From Perkinsus olseni (taxonomy: Eukaryota), in contig JABANN010000023.1 of NCBI GenBank assembly GCA_013115125.1, positions 1 to 64,000 on the forward strand: a stretch of DNA of 64,000 nt, read 5' to 3'. Numbering within the stretch: position 1 is the first letter of the stretch; every line of letters starts with the position of its first letter. The translations under genes were made by a program, and so were the position numbers. Positions 12,367 to 24,690 of the stretch are shown in pieces. The notes under the pieces were generated by a model. That model saw only the letters and a list, made by a program, of their open reading frames with translations. It was not told where the DNA came from and searched no databases.

Positions 12367-13010
12367 ATGCTACCGGTAAGGGTCCGTTACGGTAGGAGTG
12401 GTACTAAATTGTGCCATATCAGTGCGAAGTTTTCAAGTCCCGGGGTATTTGACAAGGAGCAGCCGATCGAGGCTTACTGGATGGACTTTGTTAAATATAA
12501 GGATCCTGAGATGAGCGAGGAGAAGTGCAGGTCAGATCTCATCTGGATTGAGAAGAAAATGGCCTACGGAATTTCCGCTACGCCGACGAGCACTCCGTAG
12601 GTTGGGGAGAGGCCGGCGACGGGGAGGTAATTGCTGCTGCTGTCCTTCAGGAATCGTTTGAAACTGCATTTGGTGGCCCTCCCGTCGAGAGATGTGTTCC
12701 TTACTGTTGATAAGGACGGTCGTCCGAGGGCTGAGACGCAGTACAAAGGCAAAACTGTTTACTTGCTCAGGTAGGGGGTCGGCGGTCGTCTGGGATGTGC
12801 TGATTCCTCTTTGCACTCCTTCAGGATCTACGTAGAAGCCAAAGAGAATCTCATTGGTGTGCCCACCGTGAAGTGGGTGAATGTTCACTGCCTTGACCCT
12901 GAGACTGGACGAGAGGTAGCAGCAGCAGAAGCAGCGGTTTCGGGGCTCTGGTCTTAGAACGGTCTGTGCTGTTGTGCTTAGATTGTTGAGAAGATAAAGC
13001 CTTAAGAGTC
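12367..13010 (+). CDS. Hypothetical protein (exon-like segments; model uncertain)
   Basis: Several open segments separated by apparent GT-AG introns; no homology recognised. Confidence 0.3.
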
Positions 13011-13165
13011 GGGAAGAGGCTGATACCCATCTCGTCTACCTTGACTTGACTGTAGTGTACCTTCAGTTTCACATCCGGCTCTGCATCCGAGTTGAGAGTG
13101 CTGCTGAAATTGTGATGGTGGATTCTCGCGCGCCACGATATTATGAAGGTTATTGCTTTCTTTCT

Positions 13166-14430
13166 ATGATCATGGAGGGTGATGCCGGACGCGTTAACGA
13201 TGATAGACCCAAGACGGGTCCGCTTTTGGACAGCCCTTCGGGAATGACAACTCGATCGAGCAGCCCGGCAATGCCCAGGGCCGGCTATCGAGTGGTGGAG
13301 GTATCTGGTCGGCCCTTCGCGATTGAAATGTCGTGGTTGCGGCCTTATGAAGCGTCCAAGCTTTACAGAACGCTGGCTGAGCAGGAGGGAGGGGTCGCGG
13401 AGATTGTCTCGGATACTGTGTTGTTTGGAATTGTTGTCGAGTGGCTCCGGACGGGCGTGGTGGAGCTGCCACCTGAGGTCAGGGAAGAGGATGTTGAAGC
13501 GGAGTTTGAGTACTACGGGCGTGCGGAGGGGGTCTCTGGAAGTTACTGGTGGTTCTGTTTAGTTTCCTTGGGTTGCCTTATCCGTCATCTACGAGTGTTT
13601 GCAGAGAGACTCTTGATCTCGAGACTATGCGGTATGCGTTAAAGGACATGGTCCACCGAGCAGTGGATGATGCTGATGACTACTGCAAGGTTGGAAGGGC
13701 CTTCTTTTGGTGATGAGGGTCGGATTGGTGTTGATCAGGAGAATCATGAGGTCGATTCGGAGCTGGTGGTACTCGTTATTGTGCGGGAGGTTGTGGAGCG
13801 GGCGGTTACAACTTCCCATTGGGTTGGTATCAGCATGGCCGATCTCCCTAAGCGCCTGTGGGAGGTAGTAGAAAGGCAGCTCGATGGTATAGGGCTCGTC
13901 TGCATATCCCAAGGTCTTCGGTTCTATCCTCGCGTCCGGTATTTTGGACGTCCTCTGTTCCCAGGTGCTGCACTCGGTCACCCGGGAAGCCAGCGAGGTG
14001 ATTGCAGATCGGATAAGCGACACTCTCAGCTCCGTGTATGGCCTCAAAATAAAATCTGTCAAGTACCCGCTGATGTACACTCAAACAGCCTTTCGTCGCA
14101 TCTGTTGCTCAGGCTCGACTTTCGTCCGTTCGAGGAGGACCCGGGAGCCTCTACGCAGTGCGATTGTTGCGGTTGTGAAGTCGGCCGAGACTCCAACGTA
14201 AGCACCCCTACTCGTTAGAGGATATCGATTCTAGACGCTCTCTTCAGTGGAGCGAAAACATGTCCGGTGGAGATGTTGAGGCGGAGCGAAGCCGCGACCG
14301 GTGCGACAGGCGGACGATCGAGGCGAATCAGCGAGACAGGTTTAATGCCCCTCCGTTTGAGGAGACGATGGACTGGTGTTACGCCTGTCTGCACAAGTTT
14401 TACCCTGCAGTCAGCATCGAGCTGTGCTGA
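13166..14430 (+). CDS. BTB/POZ (KCTD/T1-type) domain protein
   Basis: VVEVSGRPFAIEMSWLRPYEASKL...SDTVLFGIVVEWLRTGVVELPPEVREEDVEAEFEYYG fits the T1/BTB pattern (VxGxxF...FxxILxxLRxG...EAEYY). Confidence 0.8.
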
Positions 14431-14792
14431 GAAAATGAATCAGAACGTATTATAACATTCAAAGGCTGGAGGCCACTACACCATCGCTACTACCCTTTTT
14501 TTCGTGTATTCACTCGGCAGTAGTGACAGTCCGTCGTATGCAGTGACCTTGTTTTCTTTATCAGCTGATGAACCTTTTGATGAGGTACCATAACACCCCC
14601 TCATTGTCCATTCACTAACATTTTCCTTTTACCCGCACTGTTAGTACTAGTAGTAAATGGTCCTGGGCGCTGGGTAGTGTCACCTTATTGCAACCGTATC
14701 AGTTCTGCCCCGTTCCAATGTTTGAATTAAGTTCACCATTGCTCGGTCGAGGAGGTATCTTTCATGCGAGGATACGGACGACAGAGGCTTTC

Positions 14793-17159
14793 ATGCTTCG
14801 AGCGGTGAAATATGAGGCCCGCTTGAAACAGTAGCACACACGAGGCGGGGGAGGGCTCAGACGGGTATTAGCGGTGTAAGGTACGCTATCAACAAGCACA
14901 ACAGGAGGTTTAGGAGCTGGGCCCAGCAGCGGGTTCGACAATACCGTCTCGCAACGGTGGGGGTCGGGAGAGTCTGACAAGCGTTGACTTTAGTGAAGCG
15001 CCGCGATCAGCGTTGGCGAGGTTCGAGATGATACTCTCGTCCTCCAGGCGGTAACGATAACAACAGATCCAGGGTTGATGGATGCAGCGTACCTCGCGGC
15101 TGCTATACAGAAGGCAGCGTCTCTGAGGAAGCATGATGTTGTGCTGTGGAGGGGATTTACTGGACGACTGATGGAGCTGATAGAGGAGATACCTCCTGAG
15201 CATATAGGGTAGTAGAAGGGGGCTGATGGAACCGTTACAAGATGCACCTTCCCTCAAACCGTAACGCTGCTGTCACGCCTCTCGTGGTGGTGTTGCCTTT
15301 GGAGTGTCGACACTCGAGTGGAGGGGGCCTTCGATAATATACTACTTGGTAGGTGATAGTTGATTCAATACAGGCGGCAGCACTGATGACCGCGCGCCAC
15401 GAAATTCGAGATTATCGGGGATCATCGGTTGGTGGAAGTAGGTACGTCCTCTGGGGTTACGGCAAGGCCTTGTACCTCCCGTCCAACGCTAAGGAGGTTT
15501 ATCTAGCACTCTTCGATCGGGCCCGGATGCTGTTGCCCCAGCTCTCCAGTCACGCCATAATGGCAACCCTGTGGACGATGAAGCGGGTCCAAATACAGCC
15601 AGTAGTGGTCTGAGGGTCGGCCCCGCAGGTCTGCTTCCACCCACTTCCTGCTCAGCATAAGTCAGATCTGATGGAGTTCGCTAAGCACGTCATGGAGAGG
15701 AGGGACAGTATACGACCGACGGACTTCTGCAAAGTACTCGTCTCTGTCGTCCGGGTAGTGTATCTGATTGAGTGTGGTCAGATTGCCAACTGCCTTGCGT
15801 TCTTTGGTACTGGCAAGCACAACAGCGGCTTTAGGAAGCAGTTTTCGGAGGCAGCTCGGAGCAAGTATGATGAGGAACTCTTCGCTCAAGGGTTCAGGGC
15901 AGTTGTCAGCCCTACCGCCATGTACTGTCCGGGTCGTTTGATCGGGGGTGATCGGGGGTGATCGGGGGTGATGGCTACTCAGGTATACACTGTGGAACGA
16001 CACAATGCGGACCTACGTCTTGGAGCGGTACTAGGGGGAGCAGGGGGCGTCGGGTGTTGAGTACGAGGCAGGTTTCGGAGGGTCCAACAGACAGCTCGGC
16101 CCAATCACCTTCATGCAGCCTACCTCGCCGCGGTCATCTGCCGAGTTCACAACCCTGGGGTATGGTTGAGCGTGTCGTTGACCATCCCCTGGATGGCCTT
16201 GAATGTCTCAGGTTTGGTTCGATTTGTCCCTGCCGTGTCGCCAGTTCTACACTCGTCTGTCTATGCGCCACATACCGTAATTTCCGCAACTCTCGTCTTG
16301 TGCATCCTTCGACCTTAGATACGGCAATATCAAACCAGGCCCGCTTCATCAAGACGTCTCTAACCACCTAGCGGAGCTGCAAGTGACTCATAGAAACTCC
16401 TTCCGTTGGGGTAGTCTGCGGTCTCGAGTGATGAATCGAGAGAGGGGCTGTCTTCAGGGCCCTTCGCTATCGACATTGGCATCGAGTCCAAGGAAGTACA
16501 CGACTCCGAGGAGTTTGGCGATGATCGGAAGAAGTGCATTTTCATCGACGGCCCGACACAGTTTTACTTCGGGACGAATGAGTAGCTTCATCACCGGCAG
16601 TCGTCAGAGGGTCGTAGTCGACCTCTTCCGACAGTTACCTCGAATCGGTGAAGATGTACCACTCCACCCTCTCATCACTTGGATGGATGGTCTATAGGCT
16701 ACACTGGATGGAGTGGTCCCAGACGTAATAGAGGGGGATGCCGGGCAGCAGCTCACACCGTTGTGAACTTGATACTATGAAGGACACAAGAGCCAGCTTC
16801 GAGTAGTCAACCGTAACTGCGAGGTTCTGCGTCGCTCCGCTGTTGTTGATTTTTCGGTTGCCTCAGTTATGATCCAGAAGGGGGTGGTAAAGCGGCGCGG
16901 TTGGATATCCTGCGGCGGATCGTGGACTCGTATTCGGCATCCGGTCGGTCAGCTGTTCTCAGTAGTATCCTCACGCTAACTGGTCAGATACGCTACTGGA
17001 CGGTGAGAGTCGTGAGATTGGCCGGAAGGACCTGAAAAGGTTCAAGTAGGTATCTTTTGCGCTGCGCACCGGCGATCCCCTGCCGTGGTTAGGTGGTTGA
17101 AGAGGGAGATGGCAGAGAAGGCCTCGGCCCCCGCCCAAGACATCGAGTTTGCCCTTTGA
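14793..17159 (+). CDS. RAP-domain helical-repeat RNA-binding protein (probably organellar)
   Basis: Helical repeats (IPPEHIGYVLWGYGK, LSSHAIMATLWTMKR, IRPTDFCK) followed by a RAP-like domain (GPFAIDIG...CIFIDGPTQFY...KMYHSTLSSLGWMVYRLHWMEW). Ends approximate. Confidence 0.82.
15941..15970 (+). repeat. 10-bp tandem repeat (ATCGGGGGTG)x3 within an intron
   Basis: Three exact consecutive copies read directly. Confidence 0.9.
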
Positions 17160-17689
17160 GTGCGCTAAGGGCCCCCATGCTTGTACGTGATGAGTGTTTC
17201 TTCGTGGTTTCTGGACTCCAGTCGGGCGGAGTGATACTGTTAATGGGAAGTGGCAACACACCGTTAGTTACGAGTGGTGACGGTTGTCAGGAGAGGGTTT
17301 GGTCGTCCCTCAGGCGAAGGGCAGTGAAAGCATTGTAAACCGTGCCGTTCTTCGAAGCATCTCCGTGTAGTGTACTTCGAGTCGAGCTGCTCGCGTTCGG
17401 TCGACCGTAGACGGGTCCCACCGCCGTTGATGATAGATGGTGAAGCATCTTCTTGATACCCGCGACCTCGCACAGTCGATTTCTATGACGGACGGTCTTG
17501 AGCACTTCACGCCTCTTGAGGGTCCCTCGGGAACTTGCGTGCTCCGCGCTATGACTGTCCCTGGCAGCCGCGGCCAGTCCCTCAAGAGACCCGCCAACTG
17601 CCTTGCGGCAACTATCGTTCTCAGGTTTTTGTTTTTCTTCGTCCTCTCCTTTGTGAGCACCACCTTCCCTTATCTGCTACAGCTACACT

Positions 17690-18595
17690 ATGAGAAAGTC
17701 CTTTAGAATTGCAGTCCATGGCCGAGTCAAGAACACTTTCCTCCATTTTGTTGGTGACGACAACGGCAACGATGATATCACCGGTCGCCCTAGGAGTCTC
17801 AGTTGCCCATCCATCCACTGCAAGGCCTTGACCAAGCCCACTACTATGATGCTGCGGAAGGTGCCCAAGGCTTGCTCGGCGGAATCTCTGACGACTGTCT
17901 TGAACGAGAGAGGGTTCTCTGGTCTCTACGACTTTATTTATGTTCCTCTCGACTTCAAGACTCGCCAATCTACCGGTTTTGCTTTCATCAACCTCTGTAC
18001 CGAAGAAGTCGCCCAATCTTTCGTCGGCAACTTCCACCTCACCAAAATCGCCAACAGAACCATCAAGGTCTGTCCAGCTCGCGTCCAAGGACTCCGTGCC
18101 AACGTCGAGCACTTCAAGAACAATCCGGTTAACTTTGCCGCCGAGCCTTTCAGACCGAAACTCTTCCAACTGGGTACTGGCCGCGCCCTCCCCTTCCCCA
18201 AGCCCGACTGCTGCTCTCTGCAGGCTCCTCCGAGCCCCACCACTAGCAGTACTACAGCTACTCTTGTGTCGGAGTACGGTCACAGTGTCCAGCCTGAAAA
18301 TCAGGTTGGTGAGCGTATGCTCTTTATTGGGGGTCTCCATGCGAGAACTACGGCCAAGTCCATTCTCGAGGTCATCCCTAATGCTGTCGATGTCTACGTC
18401 CCAGTCCACAGTGAGACTGGTTGCTCTAGGGGTTTTGCTTACGTCAAGCTCGCAAGCTCCCATGATGTTAATAGATTCCTCAACTCGGACAACACCATCA
18501 TCGACGGTAAAACCGTTGGCTTTCGTCCCTTCCGAGGTCGCGAGTGCAGAGACTCGGTCCTCGCCGATCGTATGCAGCCAGTGACGGCAAGTTGA
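17690..18595 (+). CDS. Intronless Mei2-like RNA-binding protein (Mei2-type RRM plus a canonical RRM)
   Basis: TTMMLRKVP...LYDFIYVPLDFKTRQSTGFAFINL...ARVQGL is the Mei2 C-terminal RRM signature; second RRM LFIGGL...SRGFAYV. Confidence 0.9.
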   Translation: MRKSFRIAVHGRVKNTFLHFVGDDNGNDDITGRPRSLSCPSIHCKALTKPTTMMLRKVPKACSAESLTTVLNERGFSGLYDFIYVPLDFKTRQSTGFAFINLCTEEVAQSFVGNFHLTKIANRTIKVCPARVQGLRANVEHFKNNPVNFAAEPFRPKLFQLGTGRALPFPKPDCCSLQAPPSPTTSSTTATLVSEYGHSVQPENQVGERMLFIGGLHARTTAKSILEVIPNAVDVYVPVHSETGCSRGFAYVKLASSHDVNRFLNSDNTIIDGKTVGFRPFRGRECRDSVLADRMQPVTAS

Positions 18596-19489
18596 GCCGC
18601 GGTTGTAGATCAAGTAGATGTAGCCCAAGCACCAGCGGCCGTTCGGCTGGCGACCACGATCATCTCCTCTATAACTGGTGCATGGGCTGCATCGCTTCGT
18701 TGTAGTTACTTTTTGTTTTTGGTTACCCTCACATCAACCCGATACCCGGTGAGAGTGCCTTCTCTGTGTGGCTCGGTCATACTCTTATTATTCTTGTTAA
18801 CCTGTATAAACTAGTCCCTCATTCGATTCAATGACTCATCGGCATCCCCGTTTCCGTCGTACCGTCCATCGTGATTATCTCCAACAATACTCTGGTATTA
18901 AAATATCGGTTCGTCCAACCTGTTACCATTTCCCTGTTCTCCCTCTCCTTCGTTACTATTTCGTGTATTGGCCCGTGGTGGCATTTCTGACTATTATGAT
19001 GATACGCAACGTTCTGTTGTAGAAGTACTGTCCTTTATTATTTTCCTTTCCTGATTGTGAATAATATTTTTCCTTCAACTCTTATTTCTGTCACCAACGG
19101 CGGTTCCTCTTGCCCGCCAAGTCTTGCCGCTTCGAGTGTCGATAATGGTGCTGCTGCTAGCAGCTAATATCTTTCCTGTCCTCCGACCGAGTTTCTCCCC
19201 ACAACTTCTCCTAGTGGTTCTATGTTGCATCCAAATGCTCTACTATTACTTCATGCTCGACGAACTCTTCCCACGGTCCTCAGTTGTGCTCAGCCGAGGC
19301 GACTGACTGTGGAAGATTCTAACGATTTCGTTGCTGATGGGATTTGTTGACCATCCCGTACGGGAAGTGTCAGTTTCAATGATATTGCGTGATAGTAGTC
19401 AGATGAACGTACACGACACAGGCAGCAATAGAAAAGTCACACACACCGTAGAGTTCATGCAAATGCCACACTGAGAAAAACCTGGGATA

Positions 19490-20615
19490 GAAGCATTCAA
19501 TCTCCCTTCTTGTCGGAGGTTCACCTGTAGTGTTCCTCCAGGCGGAACTCCTTCAGCGACGCAAAGCTCATGCATGCTTTCGCCGCCCTCGGGCGATATC
19601 TCCGTACGGGAGCATTCAATCTTGGCGTTAACGCCCGTCCAAGGTCGTTGGGAGATCTCCTTCAGTGCTGGATGCTCGGCTCGGATGACTTGCTCGAATA
19701 CCTGACCGTGTCCTCGAGAAGGCCTTGTCCACTCGAAGCACCTCGTGAACTGTCCAGGAGCTCAGCACTGCCCGCTTCCAGCTCTCCTCGCCCGAACGGA
19801 CGTCCAAGACTACGGGGTACACACCTTCGTCCTCGGCAATCGCATCGAACCTGATACGAGGATCTTGTGAGAAGTCGAAGTTGTGGTATGACTCTCCTGT
19901 GAGGTTCGGCAGAGGGCCATCCGCCCGGTGTTTGTCTATCCATAATTCGAACTGATCCATAGGGATGTACCGCTGGTTACGGCCCTGTATAAACTCATGG
20001 TCAACATAAGATTCCACATAAGCATGCAGGGAGTCCTCGTCCAACTCGGAGCCCTCGAGGTCACCCCTTCTCTGAGGTCGAGCAGATGGTCTTGTTACTA
20101 GTAGCCTGGAGATGGGCTCACGAGATTCTTCTCGGCGGTCTGCTTAGCCTCGACCGTACCCATGTACTGCATCGGTATCAGTACGGGGTTGCAGGCCGTG
20201 TTGGCCTGTAGCTTTGCCTCCAACTTTAAGTGACTCTTAATAGCGTCTACGAGGTCCCTACGACTGGACATGGACACCGAGTCATCCCACCACAGCCTAC
20301 CAGCGAGAGACCCGCCCATCCTCGTCGAGGTCGCAGAGGAGGACGAGGAGATCGGCCCAGTCCGCTGGGTCGCCTGAAGAGCAGTTGGGAGACTCACGAT
20401 GGCTGCAGCTCACCCGAGTGCATCACACGACGCAACGCCAAGCAGTTGTAGAGGTTTGGGCCCTCCTCCGGACCCCCGGCGATACGCAGGATCCTGTCCG
20501 CTAGTTGCGACCCCGCCAGATGGCCCAATTGGAGCACCTCCAGGGCCATGGACTTCCCTGAGACCACCAGCGCACCGCCGCAGCAGCTGGAGGCTTTCTT
20601 CACCACTTGACCCAT
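19490..20615 (-). CDS. Putative N-acylated EF-hand protein with C-terminal ubiquitin-like segment (3' end uncertain)
   Basis: Start MGQVVKKASSCC; spliced EF-hand loop DLDEDGRVSR|WD; C-terminal region with ubiquitin-fold-like pattern. Confidence 0.6.
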
Positions 20616-21238
20616 CCCGGTGACTGTTTATAACGGTCATGATGAGGCGGTACAGCTGAGGCTTCGAGAGCGAGTTTATAACCTATTTATTAGTAGTGAT
20701 AAAGAACGAGATGGTTCATACCGAATCTTCCCCTCCTCGTAGAGCTGCCTCCAGTATTGATACGACCACTTCGTCCCGGCCCTGACTGCTCAGCTGCGAT
20801 AGCCTTCCACGGTAAAGGAGCCTCTCTCGTCTGTCCAGAGCATCAATCATCACCCATCCGTCCCGTACCGCACCTTTCCTCAAACGACAGCGCGCGTATG
20901 GTTGTAGCGGTGGCCAAGGACTCGTGCCCTGAGCCTGGACGACCACTGGCAGGACATGCGTTACCCATTCGAAAACGGCCCTGCTCTCCCGCCCTTAGCA
21001 GCTGACTAGCGCAACATGATGATGATAATGATGATTAATGAGTTCATAGAGAATGGTTCAAGAGGCTACAATTGACGTTAGGTTACTATTCTCAGGAGAA
21101 GAGGAGGCAGCAGCGCTGCTGTCGATAGTACGCCGGAAGATGATCGGAAGGAATGGTACAGTGAGGGTGATGGCCTTCACGGAAGAATGTTACGGAGTCG
21201 TGGAATGTGCGTGGCTTGCTGCTGCTGCTGCTGCTGCT

Positions 21239-24200
21239 TCAGTGTGCTTTACGATGCCATGCCGACCGCCCCTTCCCTCCAGTATTCCAACCGCCGTCCC
21301 CTCCCCCATGATGGTCCCAACCACCACTACCACCTCGACCACCCGGATCGGACCAAGCATTCACCGCCTGGACCATGGACCTGAGAAGAGGCCAATGCCA
21401 TAGCCCAAGGGGCGCTTAGACTTACCCGGAGTCGATGGGAGCCTCTCCCAAAGAGCCACCGCTCTTAGGAGTCCTTCGGCGTCTTGCAACGATACTCCTA
21501 GATCTGCTCTCACTGTCACTGCCCGTCCGTCGCCGCCTACCACGCCCTCCTCTGGGCGATGACCGCGACTTGTCCGGACTCCGGTAGTACATCCTATTCC
21601 TCTCACGGTCCTCATTCCTCCGTCGAGGAGGAGGCGTGCGACTGTGGGACGATCTTGCCCGAGTCGATGCCCCTCCGCCTGATCTTGCCGCGCTCCCAGC
21701 CCGCCGGACAGCCTCCCGAGGGTCTCGAGGAGGCTCCGAAGACGACGGCCCTTCCCCATGATGAAGAGACTGTGGCGCGCTACCGTCCGGAGGAGGTGCC
21801 AACATAGGAGTACCACACCTCTGCCGGATCAGGGCAGTAAGCTGGACAATAGCCCGGACGTCGGCCTCGCTGAGGGCCACCTCCGGGACCTGAAGAGCAC
21901 CCAGGACTTGGGGGTGTTGAGGACGCACCATCGACAGCTGCTGCTGCTGTTGCAGAAGAGGGACTGTAGGTTGTTGTTGTTGTTGAGGCCTTTGGGGTTC
22001 GCTCATGGCCGCTGGGGACATCTCCGGATTGCTCGGGGCGTAGCCCAAGCCGCTGGCCGGGGAGGCGAGGACGCTCATCTCGCTGGTGGCGCCTTGCACG
22101 CCCGCCGGGCTACCCGCGGTGCCCTCCGATTGCTGCACTACTGCTGGTGATGGTGCTGGCGAGCCCAACGACCCTGTACTCGGTCTATTGCTCCAGGACG
22201 GATCGCGGGCCGCTGCTACAGCTGCGGCACGGGCTACCATGGGTGACATCTGGGGAGGGGGTCGGTCCGCCTGCTGGGCGGCAACCCTTGCCGGACTTGG
22301 CCCTCGTGTACCCTCGCCTGCTGCAGGCGAGGACGCTGACAACGGCCTCGTCCGCTTCTGAGTGGCGGCCGAAGTGGGACGGGCCGGCTCGGTAGTAGTG
22401 GTGTGATGGTGGAGGTACTGGTCGTAGCTCGAGGTCCAGTTACGAGCAGGTTGCGGTCGAGGTGCGGTAGGGGCCCAGGCAGCAGACCCTCCCCGATGCC
22501 AATCTCCTCCTCCACCCTTCTTAGCCCACTCAGCTCCTTTATACTTCCAGTCCCCTCCTCCCTTGTGGCCTCCCCACTCTCCTCCTCCCTTGTAGTGCTG
22601 CTGCCCTTGACTCCACTTCGTACCGGACTTATGATGATGATACTGCTGCCATCGGGAACCCGACCCTTTCTGAGACGCTGAGGTGGACGATGGCCCAGAG
22701 AGCATCTGGGAGTGCATGTAGGAGATGTAGTCGGGGTGCTGCGCCAAGCGAGGGAGGGCTTCGAAAGGCAGGTATATCTGACCAGCGTCGGACCCTACGA
22801 CCGAGGCTCCCCCTTCTCCCAGTACTACCTTCATGATTCCCTGAGCTCTCCGCTCGGGCTCGGTGTCCCCCAGCAGGCCACGGAGGCCGACTCTATCTGA
22901 ACATGCTGTGGTGGTGAGAGGACCCCGGAGTTGACGAAGGGCCCTACTGCTGTCACCAGAGTGAGGTACGGCATCTCGCCACGTCGGTAGCTCGGCATCC
23001 AGCTGGGCTTCAACGTCCGAGATCAGCACTCCCACGCCTCCTGCAAATCCTTGGCCGCGCGACTCGAAATTGAGGCGGACCTGGCCGCCGATGCAGGTGA
23101 GAGGCAGCAGCAGCAGCAGCCAAGGGGCAGACTTACAGTAGTGATGACGTGCCTCCGAAGTTGCACGGAGGGGTCGTCCTCGGACCCCCTGCCCTCATCG
23201 TTCGCTTTGGCGTTTTCTAAAGCGGCCGCTGCTTGATTAATTTCGTGTTGATTATGAAGGACCTAGTAGGAAGCCAACTGGGGCAGCTGCAGCTGGGCGC
23301 CGTTATCCACGTACGTGCTCGGGCTGCTGGGCAGTGAGGAGGTTGGAGGCCGCCTGTTGGTAAGTGACATGGCGAGCCCAAGGGACCGCGAGGAGGGTCT
23401 GCGCTTCGCTACACTTGTTGCACACTTGTCGCGACGAGAAGCTTGGATACACAGTGAAGCAGGAGGGGCAGTACCCCGACGGAAAACCTGAGGGGGCCAG
23501 TGGGAGGAGGACGCCGACGCCAAGAGGACTTACAGACACTGGCCGCCTGGCCTTGCCGCGATCCACCAACTACCCAGTGGTCGGGGCCGACGTGAGCGAA
23601 CCGGTTACACGACATGGACACCTGAGGAGGGCAATGGCTGCCATGAGGACGGCCTGGAGAACTAACCTTGAGGGGCTCCCAGTTGGTCTGGGCGTCGCCT
23701 GCAAATCTGAGGAACTCGGCATACTCCGGTGGCACTGGTATCTCGAAGCCTGCTATCGGTATGGGGGTATGAGGGCTGTTGGGGACGGGAGGGTAGAATG
23801 CCTGACAAGGGCGAGGGGAGAGTACTGTGGACGCTGGAGGGGAAGTCGACCGACCAGACGACTAGCATGGACTAGGGTGCTCCGACCAGAGCCTTTGAGA
23901 CCGTAGTAGAGGAGAGAGTGGGTGTCTGCTGATGCCAACTTGATGTGGGGTGGTAGTAGCGGCAGGCTGCCCTCCCCATGAGGGGTCGCTGAGGACGGAG
24001 GGGCATAGCGGCAGCGAGGGGTGTAGCAGTTATTATTACCATTGACATAGATGAGGGCGTACTGCATCTTGCCAGTATTCTCATCAGTCATCGTGGCAAC
24101 CGTAGTGTAGCTACAGCCGAGGCTGCCGTGGAGGAGGCCATTGGGGGCCGGAGGGCGACCAGCGATAACGCAGAGGTACTGAGAGGCGAGGGGTCACGGG

Positions 24201-24616
24201 ATCCTCTTCCCTAGCAAGCATACCCCGAGGCAAAGGGTTTGGGTCCTGGCCTGCTCCTTTAGGAAGGCGTTGGTCGACGCTGAGAGGCCGAAGAGGCAGA
24301 GGCCTGCAGAAGAGGCGTCCTCGAGGGCAGGGGGGGGGGCACCTCAACCTACCGCTGTACTCCTCGTCAAGGACTCCGGCGATGAGCTCGACATCCTCCG
24401 GCCGGGCTTCCCCCTCCTCAGAAGCTATCAACGCCTTAGCCCAGGCTATGGCGGTCTCGATAGAGCAGCCCACGGGCTTCACACACAGCATGAAGGTGTC
24501 GGCGCGGTGGTGCAACTGTCGGACATTAGTAGAGGGGACCCGAGGGAAGGAGGGCTTACCGTAGGGACCTTCCCGGTCGGCATAGGGTAGCTAACACTCG
24601 CTATCTTGGCGTCCAT
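21239..24616 (-). CDS. Degenerate RluA-like pseudouridine synthase domain protein with Cys motifs and long low-complexity/RS-rich tail
   Basis: Spliced: FMLCVKPVG...AGVLDEEYS|GLCLFGLS...CLG|YLCVIAGRP...FEIPVPPEYAEFL, then CPSC...CNKC, G/K/W-rich, Q-rich and RS-rich segments. Confidence 0.6.
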
Positions 24617-24690
24617 GACATCAGCGGGAGCCTTGGCATCAGCATCAACCCTACACCCAGGATACTACCACCAATCGAGGCTGGCACGAC

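Noticed and set aside
17621-18628. 335-aa antisense ORF over the Mei2-like gene
   Set aside because: Shadow of the sense gene's codon bias; no recognisable motifs.
20716-21020. Small spliced minus-strand ORF
   Set aside because: No convincing start codon or homology.
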